DNA of 64,000 nt. It comes from Eledone cirrhosa (Eukaryota). The translations under genes and the position numbers were made by a program. A model generated the notes under the pieces. The model had not been told where the DNA came from and ran no database searches. It worked only from the letters and a program-made list of their open reading frames with translations. The DNA lies in assembly GCA_964016885.1 (NCBI GenBank), contig OZ024743.1, positions 44,144,001-44,208,000 of the forward strand, written 5' to 3'. This document shows, one piece after another, positions 47,346 to 61,538 of this stretch (position 1 is its first letter; each line of letters starts with the position of its first letter).

Positions 47346-48839
47346 TGGTCTCACTTTATGACTGCGAAGATGATGAAGATGGTGATGATGATGACTTTCG
47401 AGTCCAGCTTTTACATACATACAAACATACACACATACATATATACGTACATACATACATACATATGTGAATACATCGACACATTAAAATACTCTTACAC
47501 AAATCTGCTTACATAAAAACACACGCACTCAAATGTGTGTGCATGTGTGTATGATTAGGTAAACAGTATACATGTCCATATTAAAGATCATATATGAACA
47601 AATATATTTAAGTCTAATAAATACAAATTTATTATATAAAACAATTTTTCATGAAAAGTCATAAAAAGGCTCTTATGAGATGCGAACATGTAGAAGAGTA
47701 TTAATCCTGCATAGGTAAGAGCTGAAAATGTTTCCTTCTTTCCATATCGAATTTTAGGCAATTTCACGCAGTTGACAGATTTCGTGTGTTTTATATCTAC
47801 AATTTCAGTGTCTCTAATTAAAAATTATGTCCCCTTCTCTCTGAAATTTAAATTACTTTAATGTGAAAATAAACAACGATAATATCGTTGAATTTACATA
47901 TCATGTATTATATATAATAAATATTTCTCAACACAGCGATATTCCCGTGAATATTATTCAAACTATCCTAGGATAATGCACAGCCAATTTTTTCCATATT
48001 GCACTTTTAATATCTGGAATAATTTTGGGGAATATATTCCACAAGTTGAAAGCAAAATTTACTTATATTTTCTCCCAATTCAGAAGAGATTTGCTCACAG
48101 AAGTGTGCCACAAAGAAGTTAACATTTTAATTGAAATATATTTTACATTATATTTTGTTTTTCATCTCTCCAAATTCAATTTTTTAAATATGCATCAATC
48201 ATCTGTTGGTGTCGATATAATCCATTACACGCATGCGTGTATATCTGAATGGATTTGTCACCAGGTTAAATGTCTATTATACGATGTTATTGTCGAATGT
48301 TACATATTCTCAGAAAGATTCTGAAAACACGGAATAGTAAATTCCACCGAATTTTTTTTTTCTTGCGTTTCTACATTCATAAAATAACAAAGATATATTT
48401 GCAACTGCCTATGTAGAAAGCATCCTTAATAAAAGCAAATGTCCATTTCATTTTTTTTTTTTGTACTTAGAGTGTGGTGAAAAAATACTTTCCATCATAG
48501 ACGGCCTCAAAACTTAAGCACGAAAAATGCAAAAAAAAAAAAATGCAACATGCGCACATGTATAAATGGGATGAGTGCCTGTAGGTGTCTGTGTGTGTGT
48601 GTGTGTATGTGTGTGTAAAGTATAGTATCATTATCAACAAGTGCTTTATGTGATGTAAGTTAATATCTGCAAGGCATTTATATTTGGGTTTCTATGGATT
48701 CCATTAGCCTGCCAAAGTGAAGTAGAACAGACATATACGACGTATAATCAGTTCAAGTATGATAATAAGCTACATTAAAGGCAGAGAAGGAAATAATAAG
48801 TCATACGCATTGACTCATACACATACACATATATACAAA

Positions 48840-48876
<37 letters not shown>

Positions 48877-49034
48877 TATATAGGGAAAGTGTCAGGACAC
48901 CGACGGCTGAGCTCCAGCCGTTTCCACAGTTAGATCTGAACATATATATATATACGTGTAAATATATACGCATGATTATGTATATGTATATGTAAATATA
49001 TATATATACAGGTGTATATATATATATATATATA

Positions 49035-49551
49035 TATATTAGTAAACGGAATAGAAAATGCTGACAAATTGTTCACAGTTGAAAAATAGTTTAATTAGAA
49101 ATAAAAGAGTATGAGTAACTGTCTTGGTTAGTATTCAGTTTTGGTTTTAAGTGTTTACCGGTTGCGCATTTCTAAATGCTTTTCAAAAATAAACACAATA
49201 AACACAGAACATCAAGGGTCTTGGCCATGGAAGGTGTGACATGATATTCACTATATATATATACATGTGTTCACTATATATGTGTATGTATATATATGTA
49301 TATATGTTTGTGTTGCGCCATAGAACATGTGTGTTTACGTATGTTTACGTATGTCATTGTGTTTATTTTTGAAAAGCATTTAGAAATGCGCAACCGGTAA
49401 AAACTTAAAACCAAAACTGAATACTAACCAATACAATTACTAATACTATTTTATTCCTAATTAAACTATTTTTCAACTGTGTACAATCTGTCAGCATTTT
49501 CTATTCCGTTTACCAATATATAATAACTTGTGTGTTATACCTCTATTCTTT

Positions 49552-49555
<4 letters not shown>
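49035..49555. mobile_element. Family H inverted-repeat element with two divergent variant HHRs
   Basis: 49035-49200 is inverted against 49355-49520. Motif TTT-TTGAAAA-GCATTT ag AAATGC-GCAA-CCGG-TA-AAA at 49366-49402 (+) and 49154-49189 (-). Confidence 0.8.
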
Positions 49556-49641
<86 letters not shown>

Positions 49642-49657
49642 ACATATATAAATATAC

Positions 49658-49703
<46 letters not shown>

Positions 49704-49815
49704 CATGAACAATTTTTATAATAATTCAAACGATTGTAATATTTTTGTAAATTAGAAACGAAGAAAGTAACTTTAGAATAATTCAAAATCGATTAACTTG
49801 ACGCTAGTATTTAAG

Positions 49816-49877
<62 letters not shown>

Positions 49878-49878
<1 letters not shown>

Positions 49879-50250
49879 TAAAAAGATCGTGCCTGATTGT
49901 GGATGTGGCCTGCCCGTTCGACACGAGAGTGCAAGAGAAGGAGAGGGAGAAAATTAACCGATACCAGGACCTAAAGTGGGAGGTGAAAAGGATTTGGAAC
50001 TGCCATGAAGTCAAAGTGATCCCGATTGTCATAGGCGCACTGGGGACTATCTCCAAAGGTTTCCAGGGATGGTTAAAGAAAATCGGCCCCTTCACGCTTT
50101 TTGGAACGCTTCAAAAGGCATGCTTGCTTGGAACGGCAAGAACCCTCCGATACGTCCTGAATATCTGAGGCTGCAGGTAGTGGCTTGATATTCAATCCAA
50201 CGGACTTTCCAGTTAACCAACATCAATGACTGAGATTCAAGGAATAACAA
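49878..50250 (+). mobile_element. R4/Dong-like LINE family 2, 3' fragment
   Basis: DVACPFD...EKINRYQDLK...VIPIVIGALG (PD-D/ExK C-terminus), located in (TAA)n. Confidence 0.85.
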
Positions 50251-50276
50251 CAACAATAATAAATAATAATAATAAA

Positions 50277-52020
50277 CTTATACCATTTAGTAAAATGCTC
50301 GATGAAACAAAACATGGATATAAAGTCTATGACTTGTTCTACATGGATGACCTGAAACTATTTGCAAAAAATGATGAACAATTGCAAGGACTATTATCCA
50401 CTGTGGAGCAGTTCAGTGATCACATTAAAATGGAGTTTGGACTAGATAAATGCGCCAAAGCAACGTTCACCAAAGGAAATCTGCTGAAGAGTTCAGACAT
50501 TAATCTTGATCGAGGGAATGTGAAAAGAGAATTTGATCAAGAGGAAACTTACAAATATCTAGGTGTTTGTGAAGGAGACGGAAACAAGCACTCGACAATG
50601 AGGGAAAGGATAAGGAAGGAATGTTACCGCAGAGTCAGAGCAATCTTAAGAACGGAATTGAATGCAAGGAATAGGATCGATGCCATAAACACGCTTGCCA
50701 TACGAGTAGTAACCTACAGTTACAATGTCATCAACTGGTGAAGCACAGAGATCCGTAGGCTCGATACAAAAATTCGAAAATTCTTAACCATGCACAGAAT
50801 GCATCACCCTAGGCAGATACAGATAGAATATATCTCCCTAGGAAAGAAGGAGGACGTGGGTTAATCCAGTTAGACATTGCGTTGAAAACTGCAACAATTG
50901 GATTATCTACATATCTAAGGGAATCACATGATTGGATGATCAAACTCGTTTTGAAACACGAAAGCATCAAATGATCATACTCCATTACAAAAGATGCACA
51001 AAGATACAGTAATGGACTACGCATTTCAGAAGTCCCATTTACTGCTGAAATGGAAAACACAGAAAAAGCAAAGCAGGTAAAAGTAAGTGCAAAGAAAGAA
51101 CTGCTACAGAAACTGGCTAAGAAATGGCAAGAAAAGCCTCCCGATGGAAAATACCCAGAACGAGCTAACAATCCTGATGTTGACAAAACTTTAACCCATC
51201 AGTGGTTGGCATCCTCTGGACTGAAATCGGAGACTGAAGGACTGATTATATCGGCACAAGATCAGTGTCTGCCAACAAAAAATTACCAAGCCAATAATAA
51301 AAAATGGATGCAGCCCATTATTCCGTGTATGTAAAAAACAACCAGAGACCATTGACCATATAATTTCAATGTGCAGTCCTATAGCTCCAACCGAATACCT
51401 AAACAGGCATGACAGAGCTTCACAATACATAAGTTGGATAATGTGTAAGCATTTTGACCTGCCCCATCAAAAGAATTGGTGGGAGCATCAACCACCTCAA
51501 ATACTTGAAAAAGATCACATCTCAATCTTGTGGAACTTTTGCATCCAAACAGACCGAAAAATAGATGCAAATAGACCTGATATAATACTGAAGGACTTTA
51601 TAAAGAGGGTATGCCTGCTAATTGATATGTCCGTTCCAATAGACAAAGAATGTATCTATAAAAACATTTGAAAATTTGAGCAAGTATAAGGATCTGGAGT
51701 TAGAAATTGGAAATTGAGAACTAAAACAATACCTGTGGTTGTAGGCGCTCTAGGAATGATACCTAAGGGGTCTAATGATTACTTATCGCAAATCCCAGGA
51801 AACCCGCGTATAGGAGAAATACAAAAGTTAGTACTAATGGGAACTGCCCATATACTAAGGAAGATCTGTCAATATAAGTACATCACAAGTCTAAACACTA
51901 AAGATGCATGCGTGAGTATGTATGTTCTTTCTTGAACATGGCGGACCTTGTTGTCTCTGGAGGTCACTGGTTGTGACTTGGTGATAACTCGTATGAACAT
52001 AAAGCAAGATAAATGCAGCT
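50277..52020 (+). mobile_element. R4/Dong-like LINE family 1, 5' truncated
   Basis: [19 protein letters not shown] knuckle, NRPDII; near-identical to 59158-60913. Confidence 0.92.
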
Positions 52021-52049
52021 ATAATAATAATAATAATAGTAATAATAAT

Positions 52050-54641
52050 GATTTCATTTATTAGCCACAAGGGCCGACATGTAGGGGACAATACAAAGAC
52101 AAGGACAGTGGGGGTTTACAATAAGGTCGAGTAAAAGTGCACAATGGCAAGACTAATTTAACAATGAAAATATAAAAATATAAAATAAATTATGTATAAA
52201 TATAACAAAATAAATTCCCCGATAGGGGACGACCCTGGGGTGACTCAGGTACCCCACCAATCCTGAACCCCCCTGCACTTCTAGGGCACCCAGGGAGAGC
52301 ACCCCTCTCCTCAAGTTAGCTAGCTTATAGGCGCATGGTCAGAGTAGGCCCATTCACACGAGCTATTCTCGCCACATTCACCCACCTTTTAGCAAATGTA
52401 CTGGGAGGGGGGGGGGGGCAGCACTTATCTCTCCCCCTCACCTTCCTTTCCAGGTGAAACTTGAAGAAGTTGATGAGGGATTGGCCGAAGAGAAAAGTGT
52501 CTGTCTTCAGTCCTTTTAACCTGGTCCACCATATAACCTCTTTCGCAACTGCCACCAGACAGAGGAAAATTTCCTGCTCTTCCTGACCTAAGGAAGGCGG
52601 TGGATCGATCTTCACTATGAACTCGGCCGATAGCCGGATTCGTTCCACACGCGACAGTAGCTGTTCGACATAACTCCACAAGTCAGTAATGCACGGACAT
52701 TGGACAAGTGCGTGCAGAACGGTTTCGTCATTCTGTGCGCATCTTGAGCAGGTCCGTCTGACAGCACTTCCGTGCCTGTAGAGTTTATCCCAAACCGGCA
52801 GCGCCCCCCGGTAGCACTGCCAAGCGAGGGATTTCTGGAAATTGTCCATCGTCCCCGGCTCAAAAGTCCTCCGGTACAGACTGGTCAGTTCGACTTCGTC
52901 GAGGCCCAAAGCTTCTCCGAGTGCGTCATATCACTTTCCCACCACTAATCCTCTATAGAACTCGAGAGTGGAAGTTCCACTGATCGCCAGTCACCCAGTC
53001 ACGGTCTCTTCTTGACCCAGGACTGCAGCTCAGTCAAAGAAATGAGCTGCGGAAAGGCCCGTCTGTTAAACGGTGACCACAACTGTTCACCGTTGAGGCA
53101 GAATATATCTGGAGATGTCGCAGCCTCAACGCATGTCTGCGCATCATTAGCCACCGCATGCCCAGCCCTCCGCGTTGAGGGTGCTGGCAGCAGATTTGAC
53201 CGCCTCAGCAACGGAACTTGTCCTCTCCACAAGAATTTGAAGAGGAGGCGTTCTAACTTGACGAGGCGCGGACGGGGGCAAGGCATGACGGTCAGGCGGT
53301 AGTAGATGACGGACGCGATGTACGCATTCGCCACCTCCGCGCGACCTTTCAGTGATAGCTTCCTCCCAGCCCAGTTTTGGGTGAGACTTGCTACTCTGCC
53401 CGTTACCTCGTCCCAATTCTTTTCCACCTGGAGGTCTGGTCCGAACCAAACCCCAAGCAACTTTACCGGTCCATCGATCCAGCGCCCCCCGACGCTGTTG
53501 GACGGCATGGGCTTGCCTCTCCAGGTTCCAAGCTGCAAGCCCACCGACTTTTCCGGGTTAAGTTTGGCACCTGTCAACCTTTCATATACATTCAATGAGG
53601 TGCCGAACACTTCGATTTCTGAGGTGTTCGACACCATCACGCTGATGTCGTCCGCATAAGCCGACACCGCCTTTCCACGTCCCGCCTTTCCACGAGCGGG
53701 ATGCCCTGCAACAGCTCCAGCTTCCGTAGTAAAGACTCGAGAGTCAATACGTACAGAAGGGAAGAGAGAGGGCACACTTGACGGACCGATTGGGAGTGCC
53801 GAAATGGTTCCGAGAGGTGGCCATTAACCTTGACCACCGAGCGTGTGCCGCTGTGCATTGCAGCGATCAAGCTTCTGAAGACAGGGCCGAAGCCAGCTGC
53901 TTTGAGGTCGACCCTATCAAATTTTTTCGATTGATCTAAATTTATCAGTGCCCCACCGAAGCCAGGTTTACACCCTACCCTCTCTATGATGTATCGCATG
54001 AGGTGGAGATTGTCCTGTATGGACCTGACTGGGATTGCGCAAGTTTGCGCCTCCCCAAACAAATCCTCGACGACAAGCGCCAATCTATTTGCTAACACCT
54101 TGGCCAAAATCTTAAACTCTGTGTTGAGCAGAGTTATGGGCCTGAAGTTGTCTAATGTATCCCTCTTGTTCTCGTCTTTCCTTATCAGCGTCGACACTCC
54201 CCTGCTCAGAGAACTGGGAATACTCCCATTCTGCTGCCAGTTGCAGTAAAGTGCTTCGAGGATTTCGGAGAACAAGTCTGGCATATTTACGTAAAGCTCG
54301 TAGGGCAGGCCATCCAAACCGGGTGACTTGCGCCTTTTGCAGCCGACAAGGGCGTCCTGAATTTCGGCTGAAGTATTCTGCCTTTCGCAGCGCTCAGCGT
54401 CGACCGTCGAGATGCGCGGCAAGCCGTCAAGGTAGGGACTGAAATCCGCTACTCTCTCTGACTCGCCACTCTCCTCGAACAACCGAGCAAAGTGGTGGCG
54501 AAAGGCCTCACACATCCGCTTGGAATCGCTTATCTCGTGTCCGTCTCGGTCCGCCAAAGACCGAATTTTGGTTTTATTACCACGCTGCGCCTCCGCCACG
54601 CGGCCCCATCGAACAGCTTTGGTTCCCTCGTTTCTCAGCGC
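52050..54641 (-). mobile_element. Tx1/L1-clade LINE, 5' truncated, in (TAA)n
   Basis: KSPGLDGLPYELY, NFRPITLLNTEFKILAKVLANRL, SAYADDI, CSRC...ETVLHALVQC. Confidence 0.9.
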
Positions 54642-54719
<78 letters not shown>

Positions 54720-57330
54720 TATCCCTATACACATGGGAAGTAGAGGAATGATCAAGCTTGAGCTATCATGCAAAACACCAACCATTGGACTCTAACAATA
54801 CCTTACACGTAGAGATGACTAGAGGGAGAATATCGTTGCAGATCATGAAAGGAAGATGTTATATTCAATTACTAATGAAAGGAAATACATTTTGAAAATG
54901 ATGGTGATTATGCAATTAAAGCTGCAAAGACCATCACAATGGCAAACAATTGGAGGTCAACAGAGACTGTGCTTTCGATGAGAGCTAAAATCACTGCATT
55001 TGCGTTATGTCCTCCATAACAAAGAATTTGATACAGAGCAAACTTTAATCCAGCAAAGCCGCCGGTGTTCTGAGCTAAATGAGAGGTGTACGGCGTCTAT
55101 CTTATCTGCACCAACCAATGTCTGTCATCGCGCAACTTTCAAGCCAATGTAATCATAAATGGAACTGAGCCATATTTTCTATTCTGCGATGAGCAATTTG
55201 AGTTCATCTACTAACTGGTTTTGAACTGCAAAGAATTAGGACCCAAGTAATATAAAACGAGGCATAATAGAGTAGGCAATATTTACATTGGGTAACATGG
55301 AGGTTTTCCTATATAAAATCAGAGAGCAATGATGCAACCATCACCCAGATGCAGTTACAGCAGGTAAAAATGTAACAACCCTTTGGGACTTCCCTGTGGA
55401 TATCTACAGAACAATCAAGACCAACAGACATGATATAATTTTAAAGGACAATAAAGATAAAACACATTTTTTAATTGACATGAATATTCCATCTGATCGT
55501 AACATCCTGAAAGATTTCCGAAAGCGCAATAAATATAAAGATCCTGCAATTTAAATTGATAACATATGGGACACATGGAATGATAAAAATTGAAACTGAA
55601 AAATGTATGGATCGTATACCTGCAAATTCATCTGAGCAGGTAATACAGAAAATAAAGCTGAATTGCACTGTCCATACTCTGAGAAGAGCATTATCAATTT
55701 AAATACCTTTCAAAGATATTTGCTGTTATTTATAGCATGAAGTCAGCATTGTATGACAATTGATTAAAATGTGTGTATGACCAAATTGCCTGAGGTTTCA
55801 GGTTGTTGGCATTCGGCATGATATAGGAAACAAGCGGAAATCAATCGAAGTTTGAAATAATAATAATAATTATTATTATCATTATTATTTGTTTTATCGA
55901 AAAATTCGGAAATTGCTCACTCTCTATCGGTGTGTACTCCCAGGGTGATGCAGACAATCTCTATTGGAAAATAAATTAGATGGTTTAGAGATTAATGAGT
56001 GTACAGGAATCTATCAAAATAGTATGGGTTTCTAGATAAAGAATTAAGGCAAAACGCTTCTAGCAGTTGTTAGAGAAGGCTCATTTGAGGAAAATGGAGG
56101 GCAAAGAAACAAAAGAGTCACATTACTGAATGTGTAAAGAAGCATTTAATCTAAACATCCTGGCATCAGTATATGTTAAGGGACAACGAGATTTGGGTTA
56201 TGACACAATTACTTGATTATGTTTACTGAAAGACTACCTTCGTTAGAAAAAGGAAGGGCATTATAATTGCAACGCAAGATCAAGCCATAAGAACAGAGTG
56301 GGTAAGGGAAAATAATAAATCTGTTCAAGGTTAATTCTGAATTCATGATGAGAAATCAGAGACAATTGCTCATATGATTTCCGTGTATACGAAGCCGACA
56401 CAATAAAATATCTGCTATAAAGCACTGGAGCTTGTGTAAAAGGTGTGAAATTTCATATGCAGAAAACGCTATAAACATGCTGGCACGAATGAGATTTTCC
56501 AATTCAAACTGTTGCGAAGCACAGCTAACTGGATATTGTCGTAAATGATAATAATAAGAAAATCCGTACTCTCATAGATGTAGCATATCATTTTGATACC
56601 GGAATTGAACAAAAAGAGGAGAAAATAAGTGTTTATACAGACATAACTAAAATACGAAATATTGAAATACTGCAGTAATGAAGTGAGGACAGCCACCATT
56701 GTCCCAGTTGTAATTTGACTTCTTGCCATAGTGATAAAGATCCTTGAGAGCTACCTTTTAAATATAGATACTGCACAACAAAGGATTGAAAAATCCCTAC
56801 TTAGAATAGCCTGAATATTATGAAGGTTTCTGGAGTACCAGCAGTAACAAATGATAAGACTGGAGTTACTCTAAGTTACTGGTTGTAGCCGAGTAATCCC
56901 AAATATCAGGCCTAACGCAACATCAAAGTTGGTCGTGAGAGACAGTTAAACAATGATGTCTGATTTAGGCGCAAAGCCAACAATTTGAAGGGAGGAGAAA
57001 GTCGACTAAATCGACCACTGCGCACTTTATCTTTCTCGAAACGATAAAAGGCAAAGCTACCTTCGGAATGTGGAAATGAAAAAGGTGAAGATTATGCTGA
57101 TTGTTGTTGGGGCATTTATGTCAGTATCAAAAGATATTGAGAGAAACACAAAGAAAATGGGCATAAATTGTCCGGTAGAGCTATTTTGAAACGTCCCTCC
57201 TTTGCATGGCCAGATTTAGCAGGAAACTCCTACATTGTTAAAGAGTACAAATAGCATGTAATGTAGGCCACAGTTAGCAAGGCCGTCCCTCATGCAAGAA
57301 TCCAATAGTTCATATAAAATCTGCGATAAA
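54720..57330 (+). mobile_element. Older, decayed R4/Dong-like fragments
   Basis: LYLTRR-like start, remnants of AQDQA, PD-D/ExK-region and LRRALSI motifs; segments separated by TAA runs. Confidence 0.6.
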
Positions 57331-57575
57331 AGAATTAATAAGAGCAATATATTGCCCTAGTTTGGCGCCAAATTGATACAAGAAAAGGAGACACGAATTG
57401 ACACTAAAAATGGAGATACTATGCATTAGCTAAGATTATGCATTGGAAACTCTCCCATAAATTGGGATTTATGTGTGATTAAGAGTGGTGCAAATATATT
57501 TCAGAGACGTAATGTAATTGCATCAGAAGATTGGAAAATATTGTGGCATTTTACAATACAGGCAGTCAAAGTGTG

Positions 57576-57649
<74 letters not shown>

Positions 57650-57652
<3 letters not shown>

Positions 57653-58070
57653 TTTCTTTATTAACCACAAGGGTTTACATAAAGTAGACATTAAGGACAG
57701 TGCAGGACAATGCAGGACGGTACAAATGGGCATTTCTGCGTGTAAAAAAACAAAAACAGAGGTTGTAACAAAAATAACAATGAAAATAACAATGAAAAAT
57801 TCCCCAATAGGGGGGAGACTTCGGAGGGACATTTGTGGAGAAAGCCCAGTAAAAAGCCACAATGACCCTGACCACCAAGGCAAGTGCCCTCTCCCAGTTT
57901 TCCACCTTTAGTTTACAGATATATACTCAGAGTCGGCCCATTCACTCGGGCCATTCTTGCTTCTCGCAAGAATGGCCCGAGTGAATGGGCCGACTCTGAG
58001 TATATATCTGTAAACTAAAGGTGGAAAACTGGGAGTTTACAGATATATACTCAGAGTCGGCCCATTCACT
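57650..58070 (-). mobile_element. Tx1-like 3' fragment with fold-back 5' end
   Basis: Homologous to 62285-62590. Perfect 70-bp inverted repeat at 57891-58035. Confidence 0.8.
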
Positions 58071-58084
58071 ATAATAATAATAAT

Positions 58085-60913
58085 AAGACATAGAAATTTT
58101 AACAAACTATAAAGTAGGTGAACATGTTAAACAAACTAAACTTAGAAAATTGAAAAAAAAGTACAGTATAAGATCAACATGTGACATAGACATGCTGATA
58201 GAAACAATCAAGCAAAAAGTGTCGGCCAAAGCTGCTCGTATAAGGCGCTTTGAAAAACGATCTAGATTCTATAAGGACAATAATATGTTCAAAAACAACC
58301 AAAGAAACTTCTACAGAAAAATTGGTAAGTCAACAATAACTGCTAAATCAATACCACCCAAGGAGGAAGTGCAAGAATTCTGGGAAAAGATCTGGGCCGA
58401 AGAAAAAGTTCATAACATACATGCCCCATGGATGGACAGACAAATGAAAGATACAGCTCACCTTGAAGAACAAACATGGGAAAATATAACAGTTGAACAG
58501 TTGCGCTTGGCTCTAAGAAAAACCAGCAAATGGAAATCCCCAGGAAAAGACAAAATACAAAACTTTTGGATAAATGCCTTCACAGAGTCTCATGAGCTGT
58601 TAGCCCAACTTTACGATGAAATAGTTAAGGAGCCAGAAAAGATACCATCATGGCTAGTTAACGGCATTACATTCCTGCTACCGAAGAATGATGAGACAAA
58701 CAATCCCCAAAATTACAGACCGATAACCTGCTTGACCACAATGTATAAAATTTTAACATCAGTCCTAACTGAATACACATATGACCACCTGATAACAAAT
58801 GACCTATTTCCCATTGAGCAGAAAGGTGTAAACGAGGCTCATATGGCTGTAAGGATCAGCTTCTGGTTAACAAAATGATACTGGAAGATTGTCATAATAG
58901 ACACAAAAATCTATCGATTGCTTGGATAGATTATAAAAAAGCATTCGATAGTTTGCCACACAGTTGGATTGAAAAATGTTTAGAGATTTTCAAAATATCC
59001 CCCGTTGTCAGGAGGTTTTTGTCATTCAGTATGAAGACATGGAGAACGACACTCCTTTTGAATAGTGAAACAAAATCACTGGAAGCTGGAGAAGTTAATA
59101 TTAATAGTGGAATTTTTCAGGATGACTCTTTATCACCGCTTTTATTCTGCATCGCACTTATACCATTAAGTAAAATGCTCAATGAAACAAAACATGGATA
59201 TAGAGTCTATGACAAAACCATTAATCACCTGATCTACATGGATGACCTGAAACTATTTGCAAAAAATGATGAATAATTGCAAGGGCTATTATCCACTGTG
59301 AAGCAGTTCAGTGATGACATTAAAATGGAGTTTGGACTAGATAAATGCGCCAAAGCAACGTTCACCAGAGGAAAGCTGCTGAAGAGTTCAGACATTAATC
59401 TTGATCGGGGGAACGTGATAAGAGAGCTTGATCAAGAAAATACTTACAAATATCTAGGTGTTTGTGAAGGAGACGGAATCAAGCACTCGACAATGAGGGA
59501 AAGGATAAGGAAGGAATGTTACCGCAGAGTCAGAGCAATCTTAAGAACGGAATTGAATGCAAGGAATAGGATCGATGCCATAAACACGCTTGCCATACCA
59601 GTAGTAACCTACAGTTACAAAGGTCAAGCACAGAGATCCGTAGGCTCGATACAAAAATCCGAAAATTCTTAAACATGCACAGAATGCATCACCCTAAGGC
59701 AGACATAGATAGAATATATCTCCCTAGGAAAGAAGGAGGACGTGGGTTAATCCAGTTAGACATTGCGTTGAAAACTGCAACAATTGGATTATCCACATAT
59801 CTAAGGGAATCACATGATTGGATGATCAAACTCGTTTTGAAACACGAAAGCAACAAAAGATCATATTCCATTACAAAAGATGCACAAAGATACAGTAATG
59901 GACTACAAATTTCAGAAGTCCCATTTACTGCTGAAATGGAAAACACAGAAAAAGCAAAGCAGGTAAAAGTAACTGCAAAGAAAGAACTGCTACAGAACTG
60001 GCTAAGAAATGGCAAGAAAAGCCTCTGTATGGAAAATATCCAGAGCGAGCTAACAATCCTGATGTTGACAAAAGTTTAACCCATCAGTGGTTGGCATCCT
60101 CTGGACTGAAATCGGAGACTGGAGGACTGATTATATCGGCACAAGATCAGTGTCTGCCAACAAAAAATTACCAAGCCAACATAATAAAAAATGGGTGCAG
60201 CCCATTATGCCGTGTATGCAAAAAACAACCAGAGACCATTGACCATATAATTTCAATGTGCAGTCCTATAGCTCCAACCGAATACCTAAACAGGCATGAC
60301 AGAGCTGCACAATACATACATTGGATAATGTGTAAGTATTTTGACCTGCCCCATCAAAAGAATTGGTGGGAGCATCAACCACCTCCCATATTGAAAAAGA
60401 TCACATCTCAATCTTGTGGAAGTTTAGCATCCAAACAGACCGAAAAATAGATGCAAATAGACCTGATATAATATTGAAGGACTTTCAAGTGAGGGTATGC
60501 CTGCTAATTGATATGTCTGTTCCAATAGACAAGAATGTATCTATAAAAACATTTGTAAAATTGAGCAAATATAAGGACCTGGAGATAGAAATTGGAAAAA
60601 TGTGGAAATTGAGAACTAAAACAATACCAGTGGTTTTAGGCGCTCTGGGAATGATACCTAAGGGGTCTAACGGCTACTTATCGCAAATCCCAGGAAACCC
60701 GCGTATAGGAGAAATACAAAAGATAGTACTAATGGGAACTGCCCATATGCTAAGGAAGATCCTGTCAATATAAGTACATCACAAGTCTAAACACTAAGGA
60801 TGCATGTGTGAATATGTATGTTCTTTCTTGAACATGGCGGACCTTGTTGTCTCTTGAGGTCCCTGGTTGTGACTTGGTGATAACTCGTATGAACATAAAG
60901 CAAGATAAATGCA
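58085..60913 (+). mobile_element. R4/Dong-like LINE family 1, longest copy (frameshifted RT-CCHC-RLE)
   Basis: [77 protein letters not shown]; (TAA)n on both sides. Confidence 0.95.
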
Positions 60914-60991
<78 letters not shown>

Positions 60992-60992
<1 letters not shown>

Positions 60993-61303
60993 GAGAATGA
61001 GAGGGAGAAAATTAACCGATACCAGGACTTAAAGTGGGTGGTAAAAAGGATTTGGAACAGCCATGAAATCAAAGTGATCCCGATTGTCATAGGCGCACTA
61101 GGTACTATCTCAAAAGGTTTCCAGGGATGGTTAAAGAAAATTGGCCCCGCCCCGCTTTTTGGAACGCTTCAAAAAGCATGCTTGCTGGGAACAGCAAGAA
61201 CCCTCCGATACGTCCTGAATATATGAGGCTGCAGGTAGTGGCTTGATATTCATTTCAACAAACTTTCCAGTTAACTAACATCAATGACAGAGACTCAAAG
61301 AAC

Positions 61304-61382
<79 letters not shown>

Positions 61383-61505
61383 GATGGAACAGCAAGAACC
61401 CTCCGATACGTCCTGAATATCTGAGGCTGCAGGTAGTGGCTTGATATTCATCCCAACGGACTTTCCAGTTAACCAACACCAATGACTGAGATTCAAGGAA
61501 TAACA
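60992..61505 (+). mobile_element. Two R4/Dong-like family 2 3' fragments
   Basis: Match 49940-50250; separated by (TAA)n. Confidence 0.88.
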
Positions 61506-61507
61506 AC

Positions 61508-61535
<28 letters not shown>

Positions 61536-61538
<3 letters not shown>

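Noticed and set aside
47124-47456. Host C2H2 zinc-finger gene
   Set aside because: Only one intact finger, no TGEKP linker, and a microsatellite tail; fits a LINE C-terminus better.
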